A stretch of DNA of 55,916 nucleotides. Source: Octopus bimaculoides. Lineage: Eukaryota. The notes beneath the pieces are model-generated. The model did not search any database. It was not told the origin of the DNA and saw nothing but the letters and a program-made list of their open reading frames with translations. The stretch lies in the NCBI RefSeq assembly GCF_001194135.2, contig NC_068991.1, positions 22,996,403 through 23,052,318 on the forward strand, written 5' to 3'. The position numbers were made by a program, and so were the translations under genes. Position 1 is the first letter of the stretch; each line of letters begins with the position of its first letter. Of this stretch, positions 11,115 through 23,783 are shown piece after piece.

Positions 11115-12809
11115 TTATATAAAAATGTTTACATATATCAAAATAGTCCATACATTGTGTTGAGCTTTTCTATGATGAACCTGTTTTTGGACATTTGTTG
11201 TTCTGAACAACAAATTTTGGAGAAAGAATATATTCTATTAAATTAAATTGGTATATTACTGGTACTTTTCAATTCAGAAAGGATTTGAGTCAAAGAGTAT
11301 GTAACAAATTATGACAAAATTTGCTTGTACACTAATAACAATAACAATTCTTTCTAATTTTGGTATAAGGCTGGCAGTTTTAAGAAAAGGATGTTACTTG
11401 ATTACATCAAATTTGGTGCTTATTTTATCAACCACAGAAGGATGGAAAGCAAAATTGACTTAGCAGAATTTGAACTGAGAGCTTAAAGAACCAGAAAGAA
11501 TACTGCAAAGCATTTTGTCTGATGCACTAACGAATTTACCTACTCAAACTAAAAACTGGATCTTTCGATTCACTTGTCATATTCCTGGTAATATGGTTCA
11601 CAGCATAGAGACATTGTAAGGAAAGTTGTCAACTGCCTCAACCAAGTAACATTCTACAATTTCATCATTGTTTTAACATCTACTTTTCCATGCTTGCATG
11701 AGTCAAACAAGAATACACTGGGCCAGTTTTTTATGGCTGGATGTCCTTGTTGGCAACCGTCACTTGGAAACAAGTGATGGCAATAATTTCCCAGTCTATC
11801 AAACAAGAAACCAGCCAGACGTGTTTTGGAGAACTGAAAATGACATCAGATGAAAGAGCCTTTTGTTTACAAAGGTTATGTAGAGTAGGTCAAGAAGCTC
11901 AAATGACAACGCTAGCAAAACCATTGTTTATAATCAACCAAGTAACATGTAGAAGAGGACTTCTGAACCCACACACACCTATACAATGAACTTTTTTCAA
12001 TTTCCACCAACCAAATATATCCATAAGACTTTAGTTGGCCTGGGACTATAGTAGAAGACACTTACTCAAGATGCTATGTAGTGGGATTGAACTCAAGGTT
12101 GGGAAGTGAACTTTTTAACTACTTAACCATGCTTATGCCTATGACGATGATGATGAATTTATACACAGATGACTGGAGCCTGGTGCAGCTCTCCAGTCAG
12201 CCAGCTCCAATCAAACCATCTAACCCATACCAGTATGGAAAATGGACATTACATGATGATGATAAGTAAAAATGTAACAACAGAATGCTCCTATGTGCCA
12301 ACACAGAACATCATTAATTTCACGAAATCTACTGTTTCATATAAAAAATGTGGTGTCATTTGGCCAGTTGAACAATATACTAAGGCACCAATTGACAAAA
12401 TTTAATCCAAGTAATTAGTAATATGTCAGAAATTCAGGATGACTATTGGAATTGATTTCCATACTATACTGAAGTTTGGTGAATTCTGAAGTACAGAAAA
12501 CACAGTTTCTGTGTGTGTGTGTGTTACCATGTAATAAAAGGGCTAAATAGCTGTAAATATGCATGCTGAATTATAACAGGTCATTTAGACTAGTGTTTCC
12601 CAGACAAAGCAAAGCTCTGTGGGGCCACAGAAATATTTGGGAATTAGGGATGGGTTCACACAACTACCACTCTGTTTCTTCCTAAAATTCTTTAAAATTT
12701 ATACACAAAAACATACATGCAATGCATTATCTGTATCTTATGTTCCTTCATAAGAGTAAAAAAAGAATTCATTTGTCACTTTGAAAATAATTTATTATTG
12801 ATGTGGAAA

Positions 12810-13520
12810 GTGTTGTATGAATTAAACATGTTACTGCTTTGAAGTTCATACATTCAAGGCCAATCTCTAAGAATAATTGCCTGCATTACTTCACTAAAGT
12901 TTGAGACAATGTTGCAATGTTTCTGAATGGTAAGCAGCATGGAGAAAAAATACTAACTGCCAAATGTGATATATTCTACCTTTCAGATGTATCTGAGAAG
13001 CTAAATAATACTAATCTTTTAATATGTAAAAAGCCTACTAGCACTTTTCTTGGAAAACTTAAATCTATTTAATACTGGGCATAAGTAATTCATACATTTT
13101 CTATCCCTTGCCACTAATGAAGAGGAGCTACTAGAGAATATTTTAGAGCACTTGAAATTGAACAATGAGATGGAAAATAGGTTCAAAGATCTCATGAAAA
13201 TGCACATGCCAATTTGGGTAGTAGACTTATTTGTAACAAATACAGCTGATATTGATATCAGACTACAAAATAGCCTTACTGAGATGCACAGTAATCAAAT
13301 TGTTCAAGCTAAATTTTTACCATGGGCTAGTAGTGAAATTATGATGAAATTTCCATTGCTTTTCCCTACTTCTTCAGTGAGTCAGGTTTTAGCCAAGTAT
13401 CCTTCCTACTAACAGAACCTCTCAATCACTTAGAAATTTTAAGTAGAAGTGGTCTCCAACCAAGGACCCAGATATTGAAAAACTTGTGAAACTGCATCAA
13501 CTGTAAGGATCTCAATGAAT
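12810..13520 (+). mobile_element. hAT (Buster/Charlie-like) transposase C-terminal remnant
   Basis: Broken frames include EMENRFKDLMKMHMPIWVVDLF..DIDIRLQNSLTEM and PDIEKLVKLHQ, typical of the Buster/SCAND3-like C-terminus; frameshifts and stops. Confidence 0.65.
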
Positions 13521-14629
13521 AAGTACAGTAAGAAGATAATACATGTTTTTATTTTGGTAAAATGATTTTACTTTTGTGCTCAAAAGGTAATATTTTTTTA
13601 GAAGTTACTAATTTTCTGGATATCAACAGAAATTTTTTTGTCCACAAATTATATTAGCAAAATATTGTTTGACTATAAATGGTTTTATTGCACAAAATAT
13701 TTTTAGTTTTTTGTAAAATAAAATAATAGAAACAAATGTGAAATTAACTGACACTAATAGTTTGATGGTGTTTATTATGTTAATGTTAAATGTAAGTTTT
13801 ATAATTATTTTTCAACCGTGACTTCTTTCTACAGTTAACTATTTGTTACAAAATTGAAGTGTTTTCAATAATAATGTCTAAGGGAGAGGACCTCAGAAAA
13901 ATTAAAGATTCCAGGGTGGGGAAGCATTTTTGCTTGATACAACTTTCTTCAATCAAATATTTCAAAATATAAATGGTAAACATAACTTCACCCTATATAC
14001 AGTAGTCGACAGTCTCTAGAATTTTGATAAAGTAGACATTGCTGTGTGGTTAAGAAGTTTGCTTCCCAACCCACATGGTTTTGGGTATGGTTCCACTGCT
14101 TGGCACCGTGGGCAAGTGCCTTCTACTATAGCCCCAGACTTGCTATCTGTTTCTGAGTGGATTTCACAGATAAACTGAAAGAAATCCATTGTATGTGTGT
14201 ATGAAAGAGTATGGACTATGGGTTAGGGTATTGCACTCAGAATCACAAGATCATGGTTACAATTCCTGGAACAGGCAGTGCATTGTGTTCTTCATTTAAA
14301 GTGACTCTGTGATCACTTTGACATCTAATGTGTGGCACCTGTACAAGTAAATTTGATTTGATGGAGGTAGTAAGCTACGTTTCTGTCTCCTTGTCTTTAC
14401 ATTATATGAGTTATAAATGGGTGTCACTGTCATTCATTTCCATTATTCTGTAGAAACATGTCTGCCCATTAGGAAATTTTAGCTTGCTTGGAAATAAGTA
14501 ATGGCTGGCAACAGGAAAGGCATTTGGCCATAGAAACTTAGCTTCAATAGATTCTGTCCAACTTTATGTGTGTACCCACACATACTGTGATGTTAGAATG
14601 TGAATTATTTGGATGAAACTTTTTCAGGA

Positions 14630-14830
14630 ATACAGATTAAGAGACAGGACCTGTTAAATGGTCACTTAGGCCCTGACACCTCATATTTTCTTGCAGCATC
14701 ATCTAAAGCCAGTAATCTACAAGAATCGACCAAGAACCATCAGTGTACTAAAGGAATTAGACATCTGTACAAATACTCCGAGTGTTTCAAAATCATGTGA
14801 GTATAACCAAAAATGCTTGCATGTTGAAGA
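14630..14830 (+). mobile_element. Tc1/mariner transposase C-terminal remnant
   Basis: Reads VKW..P-D..F..HHLKPVIYKNRPRTISVLKE, resembling WPPRSPDL..FFLWGxLKxxVYxNxPxT. Confidence 0.55.
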
Positions 14831-16116
14831 ATAGTTTGTACATTTGTTGTTATTTCAGAAAATGAATTAACATGTAATCACTCTTTCAATGTATTCAGAT
14901 TTTTTAACCCATCTCCTATGTGTGGGTGTAGTGTGCATGTGCACAGGTGCAGAGACATTACAGGAACATTTTAAGATTAACAAGCATTTCATTGCAAGAA
15001 AGCACAGAGAAAATAGTTCTTAGTGCTGTTTGAAACATGTTGGGTGAATAACAATTTAGATAATATATAGAACAAATACACATTTTTCATACACTAAGAA
15101 AAACAATATGAGACAAGGAGTTTAGATAGAACTCTTATCTGTAGTTCTGACCATGAGACAGATTCAGCTGTCAGTAAACATAATTTGCATATGGGCATTA
15201 GTAGTGTAAATCATGTGAATTGATCTCATCTGAGAAGTGAGTGTGTGTTGTGACCATGTGTGAAGAACTTACCTTTAGACTATGACATAATTTTTTTTCT
15301 CTGGTTCCAGTAATATCATCATTATTTAATGTCCACTTTTCTAAGCTTGCCTGGGTGTCAGATGGAACTTGCTGGGGCAGATTCTCTACAGCTGGATGTC
15401 CTTCCTATCACCAGCTCTTGCCTGTTTCCAAGTAAGATAATATTTGCTGTGACCTGACATGTTTTTACAGAGGACTGGAAATGGAGGACACCAATTGCAT
15501 GATGGTGATATAATTATCACATGAAGTCAAAGAGACAGTAAAATACACACACATATATATCTTATCTTTTACTTGTTTCAGTCATTAGACAACAGTTATA
15601 CTGGGGAACAGCCTTGGAGGATTTTTAATGAAATTAACTGACCCCCAGTACTTTTCTCATTTCTAAAGCCTGGTTTGTTTTGCCAAACCACTAAGTTACA
15701 GGGATGTAAACATACCAACATCACTTGTCAAGTGGTGGTGGGGGACAGACACACACACACACATACATACATACATACAACAGGCTTCTTTCAGTTTCCA
15801 TCAACCAAATCCATTCTCAAGGCTTTGGTCAGCCCTTGGCTATAATAGAATACATTTGCCCAAGGTGCCACACAGTAGAAGTGAACCTGAAAGCATGTGG
15901 TCAGGAAGCAAGTTTCTTACCACACAGCCATACACACATGGGCTTCTTTCAGTTTCTGTTGGCAAAATCCACTGACAGGGCTTTGGTCAACCCAGGGCTA
16001 TAGTAGGAGACATTTGCCCAAAATTCAACATAGTGGAACTGAACCAGAGATCATGTGGCTGGAAATAAACTCCTTACGCAAAACCATGCCTACACATATC
16101 AATACAAATACTGAAA

Positions 16117-16567
16117 GTAATAAATATAAATTTAAGAAGAAAAAAAAGAAAAAAATTTAGTAAGTTTCTACATGAAAATATTGGTTTATTATCAATCCCT
16201 TACAGCGAAATTATGGAAAAACATTTTTAAACAATGGCAATGTGAAAAAAACAAAGAAAAATGTATCATTTAACCTGTTTTCTTAAGCAGATATAGATTT
16301 TATTGGTATTAACACAAACTATGATGACAATGATTAACCCCTCTTACTGTATTTCTGGTGAAATACCCTGCTTTATCTGATTTTTTTTAAATAATGAAGA
16401 ATTGAGTAAAATAATTTTTGTCATTAAGATTTTGTATGGAACATAAATTAACAGAAAGCTTTAATTTAGATCCCTTCAATACAAGAAATTTGTATCATGG
16501 AGTTAGGGGAAAGGGGTTCAGGTGGGTGGGTGGGTTTGTTTTATTATAAAAAATAATTGAAATATAT

Positions 16568-16612
<45 letters not shown>

Positions 16613-17658
16613 TGCATACATATACATTTATATACATACGTATATATAAATTTATATATATGCATACATACACATATAAACACATATTTAGAATTTATAT
16701 ATTTAGCATGCATGTAATCTATATATACATTTGCAACGTGTGTATAATATATATATATATATATATAGACACACATGCACATATATTTGGCATCTATATA
16801 CATATATTTAGTATTTGTATATACATACAGGTGCAGGCAAGGCTTTCCAACCACATGGGGTCCTGTACCACTGCATGGCACCTTGGGTGAGTAAATTTGG
16901 TAGGTAGAAATTGAAAGAAGCCTGTTGTGTGTGTCACTGTCATACAAGAAGTGTCATGCATTTCCAATGCTCTGTGTAAACATGACCATGAGGAAATACT
17001 GTTTTCCTTGGTAGCAGATTAGGGTTGGCAGGAAGAAGAGTATCTGCCTCACTAAGCTCCATCCTACCCAAGCAAGCATGGAAAAGTAGATGTTAAAACA
17101 ATGATACACACACACATATATATGTATTATGGGTAAGAAATTTGTTTCCCTACCATGTAGACTTAGGTGCAGTGCCTTGTGCAAGTATCTTCTACTATAG
17201 CAACCTTGTGAGTGGATTTGGTAGTCAGACGCTGAAAGAGGCCCATTATATATATATATATAATGTGTCGGGGCCAGTGCATACTCTCATCTTGCATCAT
17301 GTGATGATTGTAAATGAGCATCGTCATCATACAAATGATGTTCATTTCCAAGCCTTCAATGAAAACCATGTCTGACCATAGGAAAATATTACCTTCATTA
17401 GAAACTAGTGAGGGTTGGTGACAGGAAGGTAGAAAATCTACTTGAACAAAGTATCTAGCCCATGTAAGCAAAGAAAAGTGGACATGAAACAATGATGATG
17501 ATATACATATGTATGTCTGTGTGTATTGAGCGAGCATATATCATGCTTGCATGGGTTAGATGGAATTCACTGAGGCAAATTTTTTACATCTACATGCTCT
17601 TCCTATTGCTAATCCTCACCTGTTTCCATGTAAGTTTGAAAGTAAACTCTGCTTGTAT
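16117..17658. repeat. Direct segmental duplication, copy A
   Basis: Collinear with 22954-24819 along its length, with the same order of MITE, microsatellite and SINE pieces; roughly 90 percent similar by eye. Confidence 0.9.
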
Positions 17659-18709
17659 GACGAGAGAGAGATGTAGACATACATGATGAATTCCTTTCAG
17701 TTTCTCTCAAGCAAACACATTCACAAGGGTGTGGTTGGCTTGGAGCTAAGCAGAAAATACTTGCTGAAAGTACCACATAATGAATGAAAATCACATAGTT
17801 GGGAAACAAACTTCTTAAGCACACAGTCATATATATATTTCATATACATATAATGTTTATGCATATATATTTATACACATAAAAGTCATTATCATTTAAC
17901 ATCCATTTTCCATGCTAGCATAGGTGGACAGCTTGACAGGAGCTGATAAGGCCAGGGGCTGCACCAGGTTCCATTGTCTCTTTTGGCGTGATTTCTATAG
18001 CTGAATGCCCTTCTTAAAAACTATAGCTTGAGGCACAAGCATGACTGTGTGATTAAGTTTACAGTTTCCTTTCTTCACAGGAACTGTGAAGGACAGAGTC
18101 TGGAGTAGTAATGAATAGGTGCTATTGCATGTTTGAATCATGGCATGGCTGTGTAGTTAAGAAGTTTACTTTCCAACTACCTGGTTTTGTGTTTGGTCCT
18201 ACTGTGTAGCAATTTGAACAAGGTCTTGTGAGTGGATTTTGTAAATGGAAACAAAAAGAAGCTTATTGCGTATATGTATGCATGTGCACATATGAGTGTG
18301 TATCAGTGTGCTTGTTTATATTTGTACTTCTCTGAAATCACTGATGCTGTCATTTTCTGTTGTGAAAAATCATTTACTACCTTCATGCCTTCAAAGACAT
18401 AAGGAATTCTTTACTTGAAAAGCAAGTACATGTTAGTAAATAGAAGAGCACTGAGCTGTAAAAAAATGCCTCAATAATATATACATCTAACTCAAACTAC
18501 CATGGCATAACAGACATAAATCAAAGGTGTGTGTGTATCTATATATATATTATCATGAAATATTAATTTTATTCAATTTATTTTCCCTTCTCTTATAGCA
18601 TTACTAAGTTATCTTATACAATTGAAACCGGTAGCATATTTTGATAAGAATATATTTTCTTCCTTTTATTCATAAATAGAATTCTCAAAATATTTTCTTT
18701 GTTTTTAAT

Positions 18710-18936
18710 GTGTGTGTGTGCATTTAAAATACAATACATAAAAAACATATACACTTACATATATATGTATACAAACACATATATATGTATACAAACATAC
18801 ATATATGTATACAAACATACATATATGTATACAAACATACATATATATATACAAACATACATATATATATACAAACATACATATATATATATACAAACAT
18901 ACATATATATATATACAAACATACATATATATATAT

Positions 18937-19018
<82 letters not shown>

Positions 19019-19100
19019 ATGTATGTATACAAACATATATGTATGTATACAAACAGACATATATATATATGTATGTATGTATACAAACATATATATATAG
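18710..19100. repeat. (AT)n / TATACAAACATACA compound simple repeat
   Basis: Seen directly. Confidence 0.95.
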
Positions 19101-20148
19101 TATGCATGTATTTTTAGTATACTACACATACACACACAAATATACTGAATAAACACAAAATTTTTGTTTAAATAAAGATTTTAAATACCAAGTAATAGTT
19201 AAATTAGTGCAAACAAATTTCATATATCAACAAATGTTGAATTCACAAAACATCTTAAAGAACCCCTGCAACCACTACTAATACTACTACTACTACTACA
19301 CACACACACACACACACACACAAGAGTATACTTTATAAATGAAGGGTTAGAGAAAATATGTAACGTGTCAATATGCAATGTTCTGATACAGAAAGATACT
19401 GTTAGGTTAAAAATGTTAATATTTTCCCTTTCCCATAGAATGAATAACAAAGACAGCTTGATAATAGGTGAGTTTTGTGTCGCTCAAAATACAAGACGGA
19501 TGGAAGAGAGTATCAGAAAGGTTCAAGGAAGTGAAGTGTGTGTGAGTGTATGCATGCAGGATGGGGAAGGAGAATAGTTTTGAGTATTGAACTCCCTTAC
19601 AGGGAAGGAAACCTTGCTAACTAGTGGAATAACATTGGGTCAGCAATGATGAATGTATTTACATGTAAGAATCAATATTGGAGAATAAAGGCATTTTCCT
19701 TTTGCCTTCTCTAGAAACTACTGGAATGGCAATACAAAATATCATTGTATGTATATGTATGGGAAGGGCATGGGAGGGTCAGTCAAAGAACCAATTTCAT
19801 CCATATCAGCATTTGGATGTCCTTAAATATAGCTGACTCTTAGAATTCAAGGATAAATAAACATTTGGTCTGTTGATTGTGTCGATTCATGATTTTCTAC
19901 AATCTTAAATCTTGCATAAAAACAAAACAACTTTTCTTCAAAATTTTAGCAGTCGTCAAACAAGGATGATGATGATGATGATTATGATGATAGAAAAGTC
20001 TCTCTGAGGAAGTTAAAATAACCATTGTCTAAGAACAAAAGAAGCAGTAATGAAAGACATATACAGGGCAATGATTGCTGTCTATAGACGAGGATACTCT
20101 TTCTTGGGATATAGTTAACAATGACAATAAAAGTAATTTCATCAAAGG

Positions 20149-20304
20149 TTATATATACATCTGTTCACTTGCTAAATTATCCATGAATGGTCGTACAAGG
20201 CCACGGGTGGCAAAATTGAAAATCAGTCCAAATGTAATCGAGATAGGCAAAGCAGGTAGAGCTTTTCGAAATATTGCCAACAGAAGCAGAGTGAAGCATA
20301 ATCC
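20149..20304 (-). CDS. PSEN: Presenilin last coding exon ([31 protein letters not shown])
   Basis: TTTCAG acceptor, phase 0, 156 nt including TAA; contains the PAL motif. Not in the ORF track. Confidence 0.95.
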   Translation of the reverse strand, partial: GLCFTLLLLAIFRKALPALPISITFGLIFNFATRGLVRPFMDNLASEQMYI

Positions 20305-23300
20305 CTGAAAAGAAAAATAAATATAACATATATATATATATATATTAATATTTTAGAACTTCAATAATAAATATATAATAAATCAATGAAAAAAATTTTC
20401 TAATATTAGTTTTAATATAGTAGTTTAACAATAGTGAAAAAGTTGCAGTTTGATCCGAAGTCATTCTCAGTTCATGAGACCTATAATCAAAGGTGATCCA
20501 GCCATGCCTATTCCAACATTTGTATTTTAGACAATATCTAGGGCCTCTTTATTGTAGACTTCCATTTTTAAAATGGTAGAGTGTGAAGTTGAGAGAGATT
20601 TGACTCCTATTTCTAATTAGATGAATAACTTGTTATATTGAAGGTCATGCAGAACATCAACCATTACTGACTATGTTTTCTAGTTATAATTTTGTGCTCA
20701 GTCATTATCAAGATACCATAGCATTAAGATGCTCATAAACCTTTATGAATTCCAACTGTTGTAATATTTATGCAGTGAGAACAAAGTGTCTAATTTAACA
20801 AAGAATTTGAATACAATCTGGCAGCTATTTCCAGTATGTTAAATAACCATTTTGAGCCATTTCCCCCTCATCGAGCTATGTTGACGGACAAAATTTTAAA
20901 AATGAAAATTCAAAGCACAAGTTCGCAGGTGGAAAAGAAAACAGAAAGGAAAGCACTTGTGACCATTGTGCAACACCTTTGCTAGAGTCATCTTTCATAG
21001 ACACAGGTTGAGCAAAGTGTTATATATATGTATAGGCTTGGGAGTAGATTTGGCTGAAAGAAGCCCCTAATATATGTACAAGGGAGTGCAAAAAGTTCCT
21101 GATCAGTTAATTATGATTTCATTTAACATATTCCCCACTCAGATTTACACACTTATTGCAGCAGTCCTTCAGTTTATCTAAGCCCTGTAAAAGAACTTGG
21201 AAGGCTGGGCCTCCAAACAGGCCTCTCGCGAAACCCTTAAAGCCAGGAACTTTCCAACACCCTATCAGATATATTTATTCATAAGTACAAGGTGCAGGCA
21301 TAGTGGTGGTAAAAAGTTTGCTTCCCAACCACACGATTTCAGGTTCAATCCCACTGCATGGCACCTTGGGTAAAAGTTTTCTACTATAGCCTCAGGTTGA
21401 CCAAAGCCTTGTGAGTGGACTTGGTAGAGGGAAACTGAAAGAAGCCTGTTGTATGTATACACACGTGTGTGTGTGTTACTGTCTCCTTGCCATGACTTCA
21501 TGTGATAATTGTAAATGCTACACAAAAAATATTTCTGGACATGTTACTTTACTTGTAAATAGGTGAGAATGGATGACAGGAAGGGCAGTCAGTTGTAGAA
21601 AATCTGTCCAACCCATGCAAACATGGAAAAGCCGACATTAAAATAATGATTGTGCTAATGATATATATGTACATGATAGGCTTCCATAGTTTCTACCAAC
21701 CAATTTCAATGAAAAAGTATTGGTTGGCTCAAGGTCTCAGTAGAAAACACTTGCCTAAAGTACTGCACAATGAGATAGAACTCAAATCACATGGTATCAA
21801 ACTAAACTTTGTATCCATACAGCCAAATATTTTATGGTACTTATTCTGAGTTGTACAGGCACTCCACTGTTACTCTCCAATCAGAACCAGTGACTGGCCT
21901 TTTAGAAATCTCAAGCCAATGCTTTTATTCACAAAAAAAAAAAAAGAAAGTAATAAAATGACATAATAATTTCTGATACTTACAATCAATATAGCTACAA
22001 AACATGCCAGTGTTGTGTTCCAATCTCCATAGGAAGAAGCCTTACCAACTAGAACACCATAGAATATAAAGTCTCCAAGACCCAACTTTACACCTCCTAG
22101 AAAAACAAAAAACATTTATGATTAAAAACAGGAGAGTTTAGATAGAAAAAAAAAACAGATTAGGACAAAGATGCAAAACAGACAACACATTAAATTAAAG
22201 TCAGCAACTAGAGAGAGGACAGGAGATCAGGAAAAGTGATAAAGAAGGAAAAGCAAACAGAAAAGTAAAAATCATAAAAGATGAGAAAGAGAGTTGGTAA
22301 CAATGCACCTACGCATATATTGGCAGAATTGAGTGCAGACCTCCACAACACACAATCATTATCATCATCACCACCACCATCATTTCAACATATACTTTTC
22401 CATTCTTGCATGAGGCAGATTTTTTTAAGGGCCAAATTCCCTTCCTATAAGGAACCCTCACTTGTTTCTGAACAAGTCAATTGAACTATAAACAACCTAG
22501 ACATGCTTTCAGAGGATTGCAAACAAATGACACTCCTTGTTTGAATAATGTCTCTCTCTTTACAGTCAGCATGAATGTGTGAAAACATCATGGTAAACAC
22601 ACTCAGTCTCACACACACACACACACACACACACACATTATAGACTAGCTGAATTACTTGGCATTGCCAGATTTACTGCACTTCTTATTCAGATTAGTAA
22701 ACAATAAATATGAAGATATATTTTTTTCTCATAATTATTTCAAAATATCTATATTTTATTTTAAAATATCCAAATTGTAATAATAGAATTTAAAACTGAA
22801 AATCTGTCAATCTTGAAGCACCTCAGGGCAAACAATATTCATTGAGTAATTTTTTTGTTGGTGTCCAAATGAATAAATTGTTGCTGCTTCCAACTCGTGA
22901 GCAACCCAACATAGATTTGGTCAGGGGAGAAGCATGTAATAGAGAGAGAGAGAGTGATAAATATAAATTTAAAATAAAAATTTAGTAAGTTTCTACATGA
23001 AAATATTGATTTATTATCAATCCCTTTACAGCGAAATTATGGAAAAACATTTTTAAACAAAAAGAAGAAAACAAAGAAAAATGTATCATTTAACCTGTTT
23101 TCTTAAGCAGATATAGATTTTATTGGTATTAACACAAACTGTGATGACAGTGATTAACCCCTCTTACTGTATTTTTGTTGAAATACACTGCTTTATCTGA
23201 ATTTTTTTAAATAATGAAGAATTGGGTAAAATAACTTTTGTCATTAAGATTTTGTTTGGAACGTAAATTAACACAAATTTTTAATTTAGATCACATCAAT

Positions 23301-23748
23301 ACAAGAAATTTGTATCATGGAGTTAGGGGGAAGGGGTTCAGGTGGGTGGGTTTGCTTTATTATGAAAAATTGAAATACACACACACACACGTGTGTATAN
23401 NNNNNNNNNCACATGAAATTTTTCGAGCGAGATCGTTGCCAGTGCCCCTGGACTGGCTCTTGTGCGGGTGACACATGAAATTTTACGAGCGAGATCGTTG
23501 CCAGTGCCCCTGAACTGGCTCTTGTACGGGGCTGTCGTAGGATATTCGAGCGAGATCGTTGCCAGTGCTGCCAAATCAGATTGGAGCCTGGTGTAGCCAT
23601 CTGGTTTCACCAGTCCNNNNNNNNNNTATATATATATATATGTACATATGAATATATAATTTATATATATGCATACATACATAAATGAACACATACATTT
23701 AGAATTTATATATTTAGCATGTATGTAATCTATATATACATTTGCAAC

Positions 23749-23783
<35 letters not shown>

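Noticed and set aside
14697-14796. Apparent plus-strand exon with good AG and GTGAGT signals
   Set aside because: Its translation matches a Tc1/mariner transposase remnant, so the splice signals are probably coincidental.
20075-20308. 77-aa plus-strand ORF (similarly 39654-39854)
   Set aside because: These are antisense shadows of presenilin exons.
23410-23616. Three ~62-bp tandem units that appear inserted into duplicate copy B
   Set aside because: They match the SINE internal units at 40020-40400 and are bounded by N gaps on both sides, so they are likely a misplaced contig. There are no spacers, so this is not CRISPR.
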